Source of the DNA: an uncultured Methylomirabilota bacterium
Lineage (GTDB): Bacteria; Methylomirabilota; Methylomirabilia; Methylomirabilales; 2-02-FULL-66-22
Assembly (NCBI GenBank): GCA_963845565.1
Contig: CAWJSJ010000002.1
Location: forward strand, 2,240,001-2,304,000
Direction of reading: 5' to 3'
Length of the DNA: 64,000 nt
The notes beneath the pieces were generated by a model. It saw only the letters and a list, made by a program, of their open reading frames with translations. It made no database searches and had not been told where the DNA came from. Within the stretch, counting starts at the first letter, position 1. Each line of letters opens with the position of its first letter. Position numbers and translations under genes: made by a program. Positions 10,483 to 19,430 of this stretch are shown in pieces.

Positions 10483-11709
10483 ATGATTTCCGCCCCAGGC
10501 CGACGCGTCTACACGGTCAGCGCGCTCACCACTGAGGTCAAGGCCGTCCTGGAGGATAGCTTTCCGGCCATCTGGGTGGAAGGCGAGATCTCCAACTTTA
10601 AACACCACACCTCCGGCCACATGTACTTCACGCTGAAGGACGCCCAGGCCCAGATCCGGGGGGTGATGTTCCGCGGCCACAATCGACTGTTGCGGTTCCA
10701 GCCGACGGACGGACTGGCGGTCCTAGTGTGCGGGGCGGTGACGGTCTACGAGCGGCGGGGGGATTACCAGATCACCGCCGAGTTCATGGAGCCCAAGGGG
10801 GTCGGCGCCCTCCAGCTCGCCTTCGAGCAGCTCAAGGCCAGGCTGGAGGCAGAGGGACTCTTCCGCGACAGCCGCAAGCGGCCGCTCCCGCTTCTCCCGA
10901 GGAAGATCGGCATCGTCACCTCCCCGACGGGTGCCGTGATCCGCGACATGTTGACGATCATCGGGCGGCGGTTTCCCGGGTTGGAGGTTCTGATCCACCC
11001 GGTGGCGGTCCAGGGGGCCGGCGCGGCGGGGGAGATCGCCGCCGCACTCCGGCGGCTGGGGTCGCGGGAGGATCTGGACGTCCTGATCGTGGCCCGCGGC
11101 GGCGGATCGCTGGAGGACCTCTGGGCGTTCAATGAAGAAATCGTGGCGCGCGCGTTGGCGGCAAGTCCCATTCCCGTCATCTCCGCGGTGGGGCACGAAA
11201 CCGATGTCACCATCGCGGATTTCGTGGCGGATCTTCGGGCCCCGACCCCGTCGGCGGCGGCGGAACTGGTGGTGGCTCAGCGGGATGAGCTCCGGCAGCG
11301 GGTGGACGAGCTCACGGCGCGTGGCCTGTCGGCCCTCCAGCGCGTCATGACAGTGCGGCGAAGTCGGGTGGAGATGCTGGGCCGTCATCTCCTCCTCCTC
11401 AGCCCCGTTGCCCGACTCGCCCGACAAGCGGACCGCCTCCAGGATCTGCGCCGGCGTCTGGGGGCGTGGTGGGTGTTATTCCGGACGGTGCGGAGCGAGC
11501 GGCTGGCTCGCGCGGCGGCGACGCTGGAGTCGCTCAGCCCGCTGGGGATTCTGGGGCGAGGGTACAGTATCTGTTTCGCGCTTCCCGGCCGCCGGATTCT
11601 GAAAGCGGCTGCCGAGGTCAACCAGGGTTCGACGGTGGCGGTGCGTCTCCATCAGGGCGAGCTGCAGTGTGTGGTGCAGGCGGTTCAATCCAAAGAGGAG
11701 CCAACATGA
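10483..11709 (+). CDS. xseA: Exodeoxyribonuclease VII large subunit
   Basis: WVEGEISN, SGHMYFTLKD, ARGGGSLEDLWAFN, SAVGHETD, RAPTPSAAAE. Confidence 0.97.
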   Translation: MISAPGRRVYTVSALTTEVKAVLEDSFPAIWVEGEISNFKHHTSGHMYFTLKDAQAQIRGVMFRGHNRLLRFQPTDGLAVLVCGAVTVYERRGDYQITAEFMEPKGVGALQLAFEQLKARLEAEGLFRDSRKRPLPLLPRKIGIVTSPTGAVIRDMLTIIGRRFPGLEVLIHPVAVQGAGAAGEIAAALRRLGSREDLDVLIVARGGGSLEDLWAFNEEIVARALAASPIPVISAVGHETDVTIADFVADLRAPTPSAAAELVVAQRDELRQRVDELTARGLSALQRVMTVRRSRVEMLGRHLLLLSPVARLARQADRLQDLRRRLGAWWVLFRTVRSERLARAAATLESLSPLGILGRGYSICFALPGRRILKAAAEVNQGSTVAVRLHQGELQCVVQAVQSKEEPT

Positions 11710-11951
11710 GCGAACCGGCATTCGAGGAGGCGCTGGGCCAGCTCGAGGCGGTGGTGGCCCGACTGGAGGAGGGCAACCTTCCGCTGGAAGATGCCCTGCG
11801 GGCCTTCGAGGACGGGGTGCGGCTCACGCGGATCTGCGCAGGGCGACTCGAGGATGCGGAGCAACGCGTGCGCCTCCTGACGCAAGCGCCGGACGGGTCG
11901 GAGATCGAGGTCCCGTTTGCCGCGCGGAACGAAGGAGCGACCGATGCCTGA
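11706..11951 (+). CDS. xseB: Exodeoxyribonuclease VII small subunit
   Basis: FEEALGQLEAVVARLEEGNLPLEDALRAFEDG. Confidence 0.95.
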   Translation: MSEPAFEEALGQLEAVVARLEEGNLPLEDALRAFEDGVRLTRICAGRLEDAEQRVRLLTQAPDGSEIEVPFAARNEGATDA

Positions 11952-12852
11952 GGCGCCAGCAACGCGAGACCTGACCACGCTCATGACAGAGCGCCGGGCG
12001 TCGGTGGACGGGGCACTGGACCGGTGGCTGCCGCCGGCAACCGAACCGCCGTCCACCATCCACGAGGCGATGCGCTACAGCGTGTTCGCCGGGGGGAAGC
12101 GGCTACGCCCCCTGCTGGCCCTGTTCGGTTGCGAGGCGGTGGGCGGGACACCGGAGGATGCCATGCCGGGGGCAGTGGCACTGGAGCTCATCCACACTTA
12201 TTCTCTGGTGCACGACGACCTTCCGGCCATGGACGACGACGACTTTCGACGGGGTCGGCCGACGTGCCACAAGGTCTATGGGGAAGCGATCGCCATCTTG
12301 GCAGGAGACGCACTCCTCACCCACGCTTTCCAGGTGTTGGCGGACCAGACCGCGGCCGAAGTCCCGGCGCCGCGGCGCCTCCGGATGATCGCCGAGATCG
12401 CCGCCGCCGCGGGGAGCGTCGGCATGGTGGGCGGACAGACGATGGACATCCAGGCTGAAGGGAAGACACTGGATCCGGCCACGCTTCTGACGCTGCACTC
12501 CAAGAAGACCGGCGCACTGCTCCGTGTCTCGCTCAGGGTCGGAGGGCTGGCGGGCGGGGCGGACGAGGCCGCACTGGCCCACCTCACGCGGTACGGAGAG
12601 CGGTTGGGCCTGGCCTTCCAGATTGTGGACGACATCCTGGACATCGAAGGGAACAGCGCAGAGATGGGAAAGACCGCGGGCAGCGATCTGCGCAAGCACA
12701 AGGCGACCTATCCGGCCGTCTTCGGTCTGGAGGCGTCCCGCCGAGAAGCGGCGCGACTGCTCGGCGAAGCCCGCGACGCGGTGCGACCGTTCGGAGAGAC
12801 AGGGGCGATGTTGGTCGCCCTGGCGGATTTTGTAGGCCAGCGACGGTCGTGA
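11944..12852 (+). CDS. ispA: Farnesyl diphosphate synthase / geranyltranstransferase
   Basis: GGKRLRP, HDDLPAMDDDDFRRG, FQIVDDILD. Confidence 0.95.
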   Translation: MPEAPATRDLTTLMTERRASVDGALDRWLPPATEPPSTIHEAMRYSVFAGGKRLRPLLALFGCEAVGGTPEDAMPGAVALELIHTYSLVHDDLPAMDDDDFRRGRPTCHKVYGEAIAILAGDALLTHAFQVLADQTAAEVPAPRRLRMIAEIAAAAGSVGMVGGQTMDIQAEGKTLDPATLLTLHSKKTGALLRVSLRVGGLAGGADEAALAHLTRYGERLGLAFQIVDDILDIEGNSAEMGKTAGSDLRKHKATYPAVFGLEASRREAARLLGEARDAVRPFGETGAMLVALADFVGQRRS

Positions 12853-12865
12853 CGGAGGACGAAGG

Positions 12866-12914
12866 GGCGACAGGGACAGGGACGGGGACAGCGACAGGGA
12901 TATAGATAGGGATG
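12866..12914. repeat. Degenerate hexamer tandem array (AGGGAC)
   Basis: About 8 units: GGCGAC AGGGAC AGGGAC GGGGAC AGCGAC AGGGAT ATAGAT AGGGAT. Confidence 0.7.
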
Positions 12915-12979
12915 GCGCGTCGGGGGTCCGGGTCTTGCTGCCGGGCTTCTCGATTGAGTAGGTGAAGGAGGGGGATCGC

Positions 12980-14884
12980 GTGTACCTGGAACAGATTGAG
13001 TGTCCGGCCGATCTGAAGAAGCTCGATCGGTCGGTCCTGCCGAAAGTGGCGGACGAGATCCGCGAGTTGATCATCACGACGGTGGCTAGAACCGGGGGCC
13101 ATCTGGCCTCCAATCTCGGCACCGTAGAATTGACGCTGGCGCTCCACTCGGTGTTCAACTCGCCCGAGGACAAGATCCTGTGGGACGTCGGCCATCAGGC
13201 CTACACCCACAAGATCCTGACAGGCCGGCGGGACCGATTTTCCAGCCTCCGGCAGGAGCGGGGGCTCAGTGGGTTCACCCGGCGCGACGAGAGCCCGCAC
13301 GACCCGTTCGGCGCGGCGCACGCGGGGACGGCCATCTCTGCTGCCGTGGGGATGGCGGAGGCGCGGGCCCTGACCGGGCAGCGGTATCGGATCGCGGCGG
13401 TGGTGGGCGACGGGGCGCTCACCTCCGGAATGGTCTGGGAGGGCTTGAATCACGCCGGCGACCTCAAGCGGGACCTCTTGTTCATCTTGAACGACAACAC
13501 CATGTCCATCTCGCAGAACGTGGGGGCGGTGTCCGCCTACCTCAACCGCGTGCTCACCGGCCCGCTCGCGGTCCGCGTCCGGACGGAGACGCAGCACATC
13601 TTGGGGCACATCCCTCGCGTCGGGCCGCGCATGGCCGAGATGGCCAAACGAGTCGAGGAGATGGCGAAGGGCCTGGTGACGCCCGGCGTGCTCTTCGAGG
13701 AACTGGGCTTCAACTACGTCGGGCCCATCGACGGACACAACCTGGACCACCTCCTGACCACGCTGGGAAACGTTGCCAACCTGCGCGGGCCGGTTCTCCT
13801 GCACGTCGTCACGGTCAAGGGGAAGGGGTACGCCCCGGCCGAAGGGGACGCCGTCAAGTGGCACGGCGCTGCCCCGTTCGAGGTGGAGACCGGGACCTTC
13901 ATGAAGAAGGCCTCTCCCATGACCTACACCGACGCCTTCGCCCAGGCCCTGATCAAGCTGGCCGACGAGGACGAGCGGGTGGTGGGGGTGACGGCGGCCA
14001 TGGCGGAGGGGACGGGGCTGGCGAAATTCCAGCGGGCTCACCCGACGCGCTTCTTCGACGTCGGCATCGCCGAGCAGCATGCCGTGGTCTTCGCGGCCGG
14101 ACTGGCAACCCAGGGGATGCGGCCGGTGGCCGCGATCTACTCGACGTTCCTCCAACGGGGCTACGACCAGGTGATCCACGACGTCTGCCTGCAGCGGCTC
14201 CCGGTGACCTTCGCCATGGATCGGGCGGGGATCGTGGGGGACGATGGCCCGACCCACCAGGGACTCTACGACCTCGCGTTCCTGCGGACGGTTCCCAACA
14301 TGGTGATCCTGGCCCCCCGGGACGAGAACGACCTCCAGCACTGCCTGAAGACGGCCATCGACTCCGGCGGGCCTGCGGCCATCCGGTATCCGCGTGGTGC
14401 GGGGAACGGCGTGGCGATCGAGCAGGAGGCGCGCGCCTATGCGCTGGGAACGGCAGAGTTGCTTCGTGACGGCGAGGACGTCCTCCTCCTGCCGCTCGGC
14501 ACGCTGGTCGGCCCCGCCCTGGACGCGGCCGGTCGCCTGGCGCGGGCCGGCATCTCGGCCGCGGTGATCAACCCGCGCTTCGTCAAGCCGCTGGATCGGT
14601 CGCTGATTCCGGACATGGCGCGTCGGGTGGGGCGGGTGGTGACGATCGAGGAGCACATGCTGGCCGGGGGATTCGGATCGGCGGTGCTGGAGTTGTTCGA
14701 GGAGTTGCGCCTCGACGGCGTTCAGGTCCGGCGACTGGGGATCCCGGACGTGCTGGTGGAGCAGGGGACCCAGGCCGGCATGCGGGCGCGTTTCGGTCTC
14801 ACGGCGGAAGGGATCCAGGCGGCCGCCGAGGATCTCGTGCGGGAGCCGGCATTGGAGGCCCGCCGAGGCGAAGGCGCGGTGTGA
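12980..14884 (+). CDS. dxs: 1-deoxy-D-xylulose-5-phosphate synthase
   Basis: GGHLASNLG, WDVGHQAY, GDGALTSG, GIAEQHAV, DRAGIVGDDGPTH. Confidence 0.97.
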   Translation: MYLEQIECPADLKKLDRSVLPKVADEIRELIITTVARTGGHLASNLGTVELTLALHSVFNSPEDKILWDVGHQAYTHKILTGRRDRFSSLRQERGLSGFTRRDESPHDPFGAAHAGTAISAAVGMAEARALTGQRYRIAAVVGDGALTSGMVWEGLNHAGDLKRDLLFILNDNTMSISQNVGAVSAYLNRVLTGPLAVRVRTETQHILGHIPRVGPRMAEMAKRVEEMAKGLVTPGVLFEELGFNYVGPIDGHNLDHLLTTLGNVANLRGPVLLHVVTVKGKGYAPAEGDAVKWHGAAPFEVETGTFMKKASPMTYTDAFAQALIKLADEDERVVGVTAAMAEGTGLAKFQRAHPTRFFDVGIAEQHAVVFAAGLATQGMRPVAAIYSTFLQRGYDQVIHDVCLQRLPVTFAMDRAGIVGDDGPTHQGLYDLAFLRTVPNMVILAPRDENDLQHCLKTAIDSGGPAAIRYPRGAGNGVAIEQEARAYALGTAELLRDGEDVLLLPLGTLVGPALDAAGRLARAGISAAVINPRFVKPLDRSLIPDMARRVGRVVTIEEHMLAGGFGSAVLELFEELRLDGVQVRRLGIPDVLVEQGTQAGMRARFGLTAEGIQAAAEDLVREPALEARRGEGAV

Positions 14885-15675
14885 GGGTCGACCGGCGCCG
14901 CGCCGATCTGTTGCTGGTGGAGCGGGGCGTGTGCGCCAGCCGGGCCGAGGCGCAGCGACTGCTGCTGGCAGGGAAGGTCCGAGCCGCGGGCCAGCGCGTG
15001 GACAAGCCCGGCGCGCTGCTGCCGGCCGATACCGCACTGGAGGTCAGCGGACCGGACCACCCCTTCGTCAGCCGGGGTGGGGTGAAGCTGCGGCACGCGC
15101 TCACGACCTTCGGGGTTCAGGTCCGCGACCGCGTCTGTCTGGACGTGGGCGCCTCCACGGGGGGATTCACCGACTGCCTGCTCCAGGCGGGGGCGCGCCT
15201 CGTGGTTGCGGTGGACGTGGGATACGGCCAGCTGCACTCGCGGCTCCGGCAAGACGTCCGGGTGCATGTGCTCGAACGGACCAACATTCGGCACCTCGAG
15301 CGGTCTCGGCTTCCGTCGACCCCGGATCTGGCCACCATCGATGCCTCCTTCATCTCGCTGGCCCTTGTGCTGCCGCCTGTCTGGCGGCTGCTCGGGCGCC
15401 CCTGCGAGGCGGTGATCCTGGTGAAACCGCAGTTCGAGGTGGGGAAGGGCGAGGTGGGGAAGCGGGGCGTGGTGCGTGATCCGACCCTGCACCGGGCGGT
15501 ACTGGAGCGGGTGGCGGCGTTCGCCACCGACCTGGGCTGCGGGGTGCGGGGGATCACGCCGTCTCCCCTGCTCGGACCCATGGGGAACCGCGAGTTCCTG
15601 ATGCACCTCACGAGCGGCGCCACCGCGGATGTCGCGGCGCTGGTCGCGCAGGCCATGGCCGGCGCGACGGACTGA
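14881..15675 (+). CDS. tlyA: TlyA family rRNA (cytidine-2'-O)-methyltransferase
   Basis: S4 domain, FVSRGGVKL, DVGASTGGFTD, LVKPQFE, GNREF. Confidence 0.95.
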   Translation: MRVDRRRADLLLVERGVCASRAEAQRLLLAGKVRAAGQRVDKPGALLPADTALEVSGPDHPFVSRGGVKLRHALTTFGVQVRDRVCLDVGASTGGFTDCLLQAGARLVVAVDVGYGQLHSRLRQDVRVHVLERTNIRHLERSRLPSTPDLATIDASFISLALVLPPVWRLLGRPCEAVILVKPQFEVGKGEVGKRGVVRDPTLHRAVLERVAAFATDLGCGVRGITPSPLLGPMGNREFLMHLTSGATADVAALVAQAMAGATD

Positions 15676-15687
15676 AGAGGAACGATC

Positions 15688-16551
15688 ATGGCCATGCGAC
15701 GGGTGGGGGTCGCGCTGAAGCCGAATAAACCCGAGGCGGGCGCGGTCGTCCAGGAGCTGCTGACCTGGCTTCGGCAGCGAGACCGCGAGATCCTGCTCGA
15801 CCCGGCGGCGGCTGCCGCCTGTCCGGGCTGCGGACCGGGTCTGTCGCGCGCCGCCATGGTGGCCGAGGCGGATGTGGTTGTCGTCTTGGGCGGCGACGGG
15901 ACGATCCTGTCCGTCGCGCGGTTGATGGGGGCCAGGCAAGTCCCTATCTTGGGGGTGAACCTCGGCGGCCTGGGATTCCTCACGGAAGTCACCCTGCCCG
16001 AGCTCTTTCCGGCTCTGGAGGCCGTGCTGCGAGGCGAATGCGCGATGAGCCACCGGCGGATGCTGGCGGCCGAGGTGCGGCGGGCCGGCCAGGCCGTCGG
16101 GGAGTACGAGGCACTGAACGACGTCGTCATCACCAAGACGGCGCCGTCGCGGATCGTGGAACTGGAGACGTTCGTCAACGGGGAATACGTGACGACCTAC
16201 CGGGCGGACGGCCTCATCGTCGCCACCCCCACCGGTTCCACAGCTTATTGCCTGTCCGCGGGAGGCCCCATCCTCTACCCCTCGCTCCCCGCGCTGGTGG
16301 TCATCCCGATCTGTCCGCACACACTGACCAACCGACCGCTGGTGCTGCCGGACGGCGCTCGGGTCGAGGTCGTGCAGCGATCGGTGGGTGAGGACGTACA
16401 CCTGACCGTGGACGGGCAAGTGGACGTGAAGCTTCAGCACGGCGATACCGTGGTCGTGGGACGGTCGGCACATTCCGTCACCCTCGTGAAGTCGCCCAAG
16501 CTGAACTACTTCGAACTCCTCCGGACCAAACTCCGGTGGGGCGAGCGCTAG
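15688..16551 (+). CDS. nadK: NAD kinase
   Basis: LGGDGT, GVNLGGLGFL, ALNDVV, DGLIVATPTGSTAY. Confidence 0.96.
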   Translation: MAMRRVGVALKPNKPEAGAVVQELLTWLRQRDREILLDPAAAAACPGCGPGLSRAAMVAEADVVVVLGGDGTILSVARLMGARQVPILGVNLGGLGFLTEVTLPELFPALEAVLRGECAMSHRRMLAAEVRRAGQAVGEYEALNDVVITKTAPSRIVELETFVNGEYVTTYRADGLIVATPTGSTAYCLSAGGPILYPSLPALVVIPICPHTLTNRPLVLPDGARVEVVQRSVGEDVHLTVDGQVDVKLQHGDTVVVGRSAHSVTLVKSPKLNYFELLRTKLRWGER

Positions 16552-16591
16552 GGTCGCCCCGCAGCACGCACACGGGCGAGAGGCGGTCGGT

Positions 16592-18304
16592 ATGCTCCGC
16601 GAGCTCACCATCAAGAACGTGGCGGTCATCGACGCCTTGACGGTCTCCTTCGTTCCGGGGTTGAACATTCTCACCGGCGAGACCGGGGCGGGGAAATCCA
16701 TCCTCATCGATGCCCTCCAGCTCGTGCTGGGGGCGCGGAGCAGCGAGGAATTGCTCCGCACGGGGTCCGATGAGGCGGTGGTAGAGGCGGCCTTCGATCC
16801 GCCGGCCGACGCCGATAGCCGCGCCAGGCTCGACGCCGAAGGGATCGCCATCGAGGCGGGAGAGTTCCTGATCCTCCGCCGTCACCTGTTGCGCGACGGA
16901 AAAAGCAAGGCGTATGTTGGCGGCCGGCTCACCTCCGCCGCCACCCTGCGGGCGCTCGCCGAATCGCTGGTCGACATTCACGGACAGCATCCCGGCCAGC
17001 CCCTCCTGGATCCCCGGCGGCACCGCGACTTCGTGGACGCGTACGCCGGCATCCTCGCGGAGGTCGCGCTGTATCGAGACCACTACGCCCAGTGGCAGGC
17101 GCTCCGCCGGGAGCGGGAGGAGCTGATGGCCGCCGAGCGCGAGCGAACGCGCCGGACGGAGCTCTTGGAGTTCCAACGGCGGGAACTCGAGGCCGCGCGT
17201 CTGGCGTCCGGGGAGGAGGAGTCCCTGGCCGCGGAGCGCGCGATTCTGGTTCATCACGAACGGCTGTTTTCTACGGTGGAGCAGGCGTATGTGGACGTGG
17301 AGGAATCCGATGGCGCGGTCCTGACCCGCCTGGGCGGGCTGGCGACGCGATTGCGGGAAGCGGCGTCCATCGATCCGCGCCTGCAGGACGTCCTGGAGGC
17401 GCTGGAAGCGGCCATGGTCCAGCTCGGCGAAGCGGCGCGAGGGCTGCGGGATTACCGCGGCCGGATCGAGTTCGACCCGCAGCGCCTCGATGCGATCGAG
17501 GTGCGCCTGCACGAGCTCGGTCGGCTGAAGCGGAAGTATGGCGGCACGGTTGACGATCTCCTGGGACAGCTCGCCGGCGCCCGGCGGGACCTGGACGGTT
17601 TGGAGCGATCCGGCGCGCGCCTCCAGGAGGTGGAGCGCACTCTCGAGGCGTCCCGCACGGATCTCGTGCGCCGGGCCCGGCAACTGTCGGCCGCGCGCAG
17701 CCGGGCGGCGCTGTCGCTCCAGCAGGCGGTGCTGGGCGAGCTGGTGCAGCTCGGTATGGCCAAGGCGGCCTTCGAAGTCCGGGTGGCTGCGCCCTCCGCG
17801 GATGAGGCCGTGCTGGGCCCCCACGGAGCGGACACTGTCGAGTTCCTGCTCTCGCCGAATCCCGGCGAGGCGCTCAAGCCGCTTCACAAGATCGCCTCGG
17901 GCGGCGAACTCTCACGCGTGATGCTGGCCATCCGAACCATCCTGGCATCGGCGGACCGGACGCCCACCGTGATCTTCGACGAGGTGGACGCGGGCATCGG
18001 CGGGAGCATGGGGGAGGTGGTCGGACGGAAGTTGCTCGCCGTCTCTCGGCGACACCAGGTCCTCTGCGTGACGCATCTGCCGCAGATCGCCTGTTTCGGG
18101 GACCTGCACCTCGTCGTGCACAAACGCACCCAGGCGGACCACACGGAGACCACGACGCGGGTCCTGGGTGACGACGATCGGGCGCGGGAAGTCGCCCGCA
18201 TGCTGGGCGGCCCCAGTCGGTCAGGCACGGCCCTCGACCATGCGAATGAATTATTGGGGGCGGCTGCGCGTCTGAAGAAGCGAATGAAGGGGGCGATCGG
18301 GTGA
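16592..18304 (+). CDS. recN: DNA repair protein RecN
   Basis: LTGETGAGKS, ASGGELSR, FDEVDAGIGG, VTHLPQIA. Confidence 0.97.
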   Translation: MLRELTIKNVAVIDALTVSFVPGLNILTGETGAGKSILIDALQLVLGARSSEELLRTGSDEAVVEAAFDPPADADSRARLDAEGIAIEAGEFLILRRHLLRDGKSKAYVGGRLTSAATLRALAESLVDIHGQHPGQPLLDPRRHRDFVDAYAGILAEVALYRDHYAQWQALRREREELMAAERERTRRTELLEFQRRELEAARLASGEEESLAAERAILVHHERLFSTVEQAYVDVEESDGAVLTRLGGLATRLREAASIDPRLQDVLEALEAAMVQLGEAARGLRDYRGRIEFDPQRLDAIEVRLHELGRLKRKYGGTVDDLLGQLAGARRDLDGLERSGARLQEVERTLEASRTDLVRRARQLSAARSRAALSLQQAVLGELVQLGMAKAAFEVRVAAPSADEAVLGPHGADTVEFLLSPNPGEALKPLHKIASGGELSRVMLAIRTILASADRTPTVIFDEVDAGIGGSMGEVVGRKLLAVSRRHQVLCVTHLPQIACFGDLHLVVHKRTQADHTETTTRVLGDDDRAREVARMLGGPSRSGTALDHANELLGAAARLKKRMKGAIG

Positions 18305-18460
18305 GGGGCTGAACCGAAGGGTGCTCCAAACCGTGCACACGCAACCCATATGGAGTATCCAGAGCGCCAGTAGAATGGGCGTCGGAAATCGTTGGCGGTC
18401 TGAGGCACGGCAACTTCTTGAAAACACAGGAGACGAAAAACTGGACGTGCAATGGGCTGC

Positions 18461-18476
18461 TGGCACAATTTCTGCT
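18461..18476 (+). promoter_or_regulatory. sigma54 (-24/-12) promoter
   Basis: TGGCACAATTTCTGCT, exact GG-N10-GC spacing, 66 nt upstream of ATG 18542. Confidence 0.7.
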
Positions 18477-18541
18477 TGAATAGCATCGATTTTTGAATCG
18501 GGTCTTTTTTGAATTTCGATCAGAGAGGAGGTGAATCGAGA

Positions 18542-18910
18542 ATGAAGAAGATGATCGTGTTGGCTCTGGCTCTGGCCGTTGCGTTCTCTTTCTCCGCTGT
18601 GTCTTTCGCTGGTGAGACCAAGAAGGCAGAGGAGAAGGCCCCGGCGGCTGCTCCGGCGGCTCCGGCCCCGGCGGCTGCTCCGGCTCCGGCTCCTGAGAAG
18701 AAAGCCCCCGCGAAGGCCGAGAAGAAGGCCCCCGCGAAGGGCGAGATGAAGGCCGAGAAGAAGGCCCCCGCGAAGGGCGAGATGAAGGGCGCCGCGAAGG
18801 GCGAGATGAAGGCCCCAGTGAAGGGCGAGATGAAGGCGGCTCCCGCTCCGGCGGCTCCGGCGGCTCCGGCCCCGGCTCCTGAGAAGAAGGCCGAGGAGAA
18901 GAAGAAGTAG
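18542..18910 (+). CDS. Secreted low-complexity Ala/Pro/Lys-rich repeat protein (Asr-like)
   Basis: GGAGGTG RBS; signal peptide ending SFA; AP repeats, EKKAPAK x3, KGEMK x4. Confidence 0.85.
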   Translation: MKKMIVLALALAVAFSFSAVSFAGETKKAEEKAPAAAPAAPAPAAAPAPAPEKKAPAKAEKKAPAKGEMKAEKKAPAKGEMKGAAKGEMKAPVKGEMKAAPAPAAPAAPAPAPEKKAEEKKK

Positions 18911-18945
18911 TCCTTCTCGTCAGCACTCTGTCCTGTTTCGGCTTT

Positions 18946-18985
18946 AACAGCAAGGGCATCCCGACGGGGATGCCCTTGCTGTTTT
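18946..18985 (+). terminator. Rho-independent terminator
   Basis: AACAGCAAGGGCATCCC-GACG-GGGATGCCCTTGCTGTT then TT. Confidence 0.85.
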
Positions 18986-19083
18986 CGGGCCGGCGGAACT
19001 CGACAAAACGCTTGACTTCTCCATCGGCTTCAACTACATATGCCGCACGTTGTCCGGTCGTGTGGAGGAGGGCCATTCCGACA

Positions 19084-19292
19084 AGTGAATAGGTGAGGCC
19101 GAGTGGTCCCCGTCTGGGGATCCGTGAGGGAAAATGGTGAGCTCCATCGGGTGCTGCGACCCCCGGAGCGAGTCCATTGCTGCCCCGCAACTGTGAGCGG
19201 CGTTGAAATCTGCAGAGGCCACTGTCCCGCCTGTGGCGGGATGGGAAGGCGCAGAGAGTAAGCCAAGCCGCGAGCCAGGAAACCTGCTCAGC
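19084..19292 (+). ncRNA. Cobalamin riboswitch (1)
   Basis: AGGGAA, GCCCCGCAACTGTGA, GCCACTG, TGGGAAGG and AGCCAGGAAACCTGC B12-box elements upstream of a btuF-like gene. Confidence 0.93.
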
Positions 19293-19377
19293 CTTTCGGG
19301 TGTTGTGATCCCTCCGCGGGGAGGGGCCGCCCAACTCTCCCAGTCCTCCATGTCGTTCTCGGACTGCTGGATCGTGG

Positions 19378-19419
19378 CGCCCCTGTCCGTCGGTTGCGGA
19401 TCGGGGCGTTTCTGTTTTT
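19378..19419 (+). terminator. Attenuator terminator of riboswitch 1
   Basis: CGCCCC-TGTCCG...CGGAT-CGGGGCG followed by TTTCTGTTTTT just before the RBS. Confidence 0.65.
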
Positions 19420-19430
19420 CGGGGAGTGGC

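Noticed and set aside
19203..19430. N-terminal extensions of the ORF-track calls for btuF, btuB (22360), dppB (47097) and the hybrid kinase (31437)
   Set aside because: These run through riboswitch or promoter sequence; downstream starts with RBS or signal peptides are better supported
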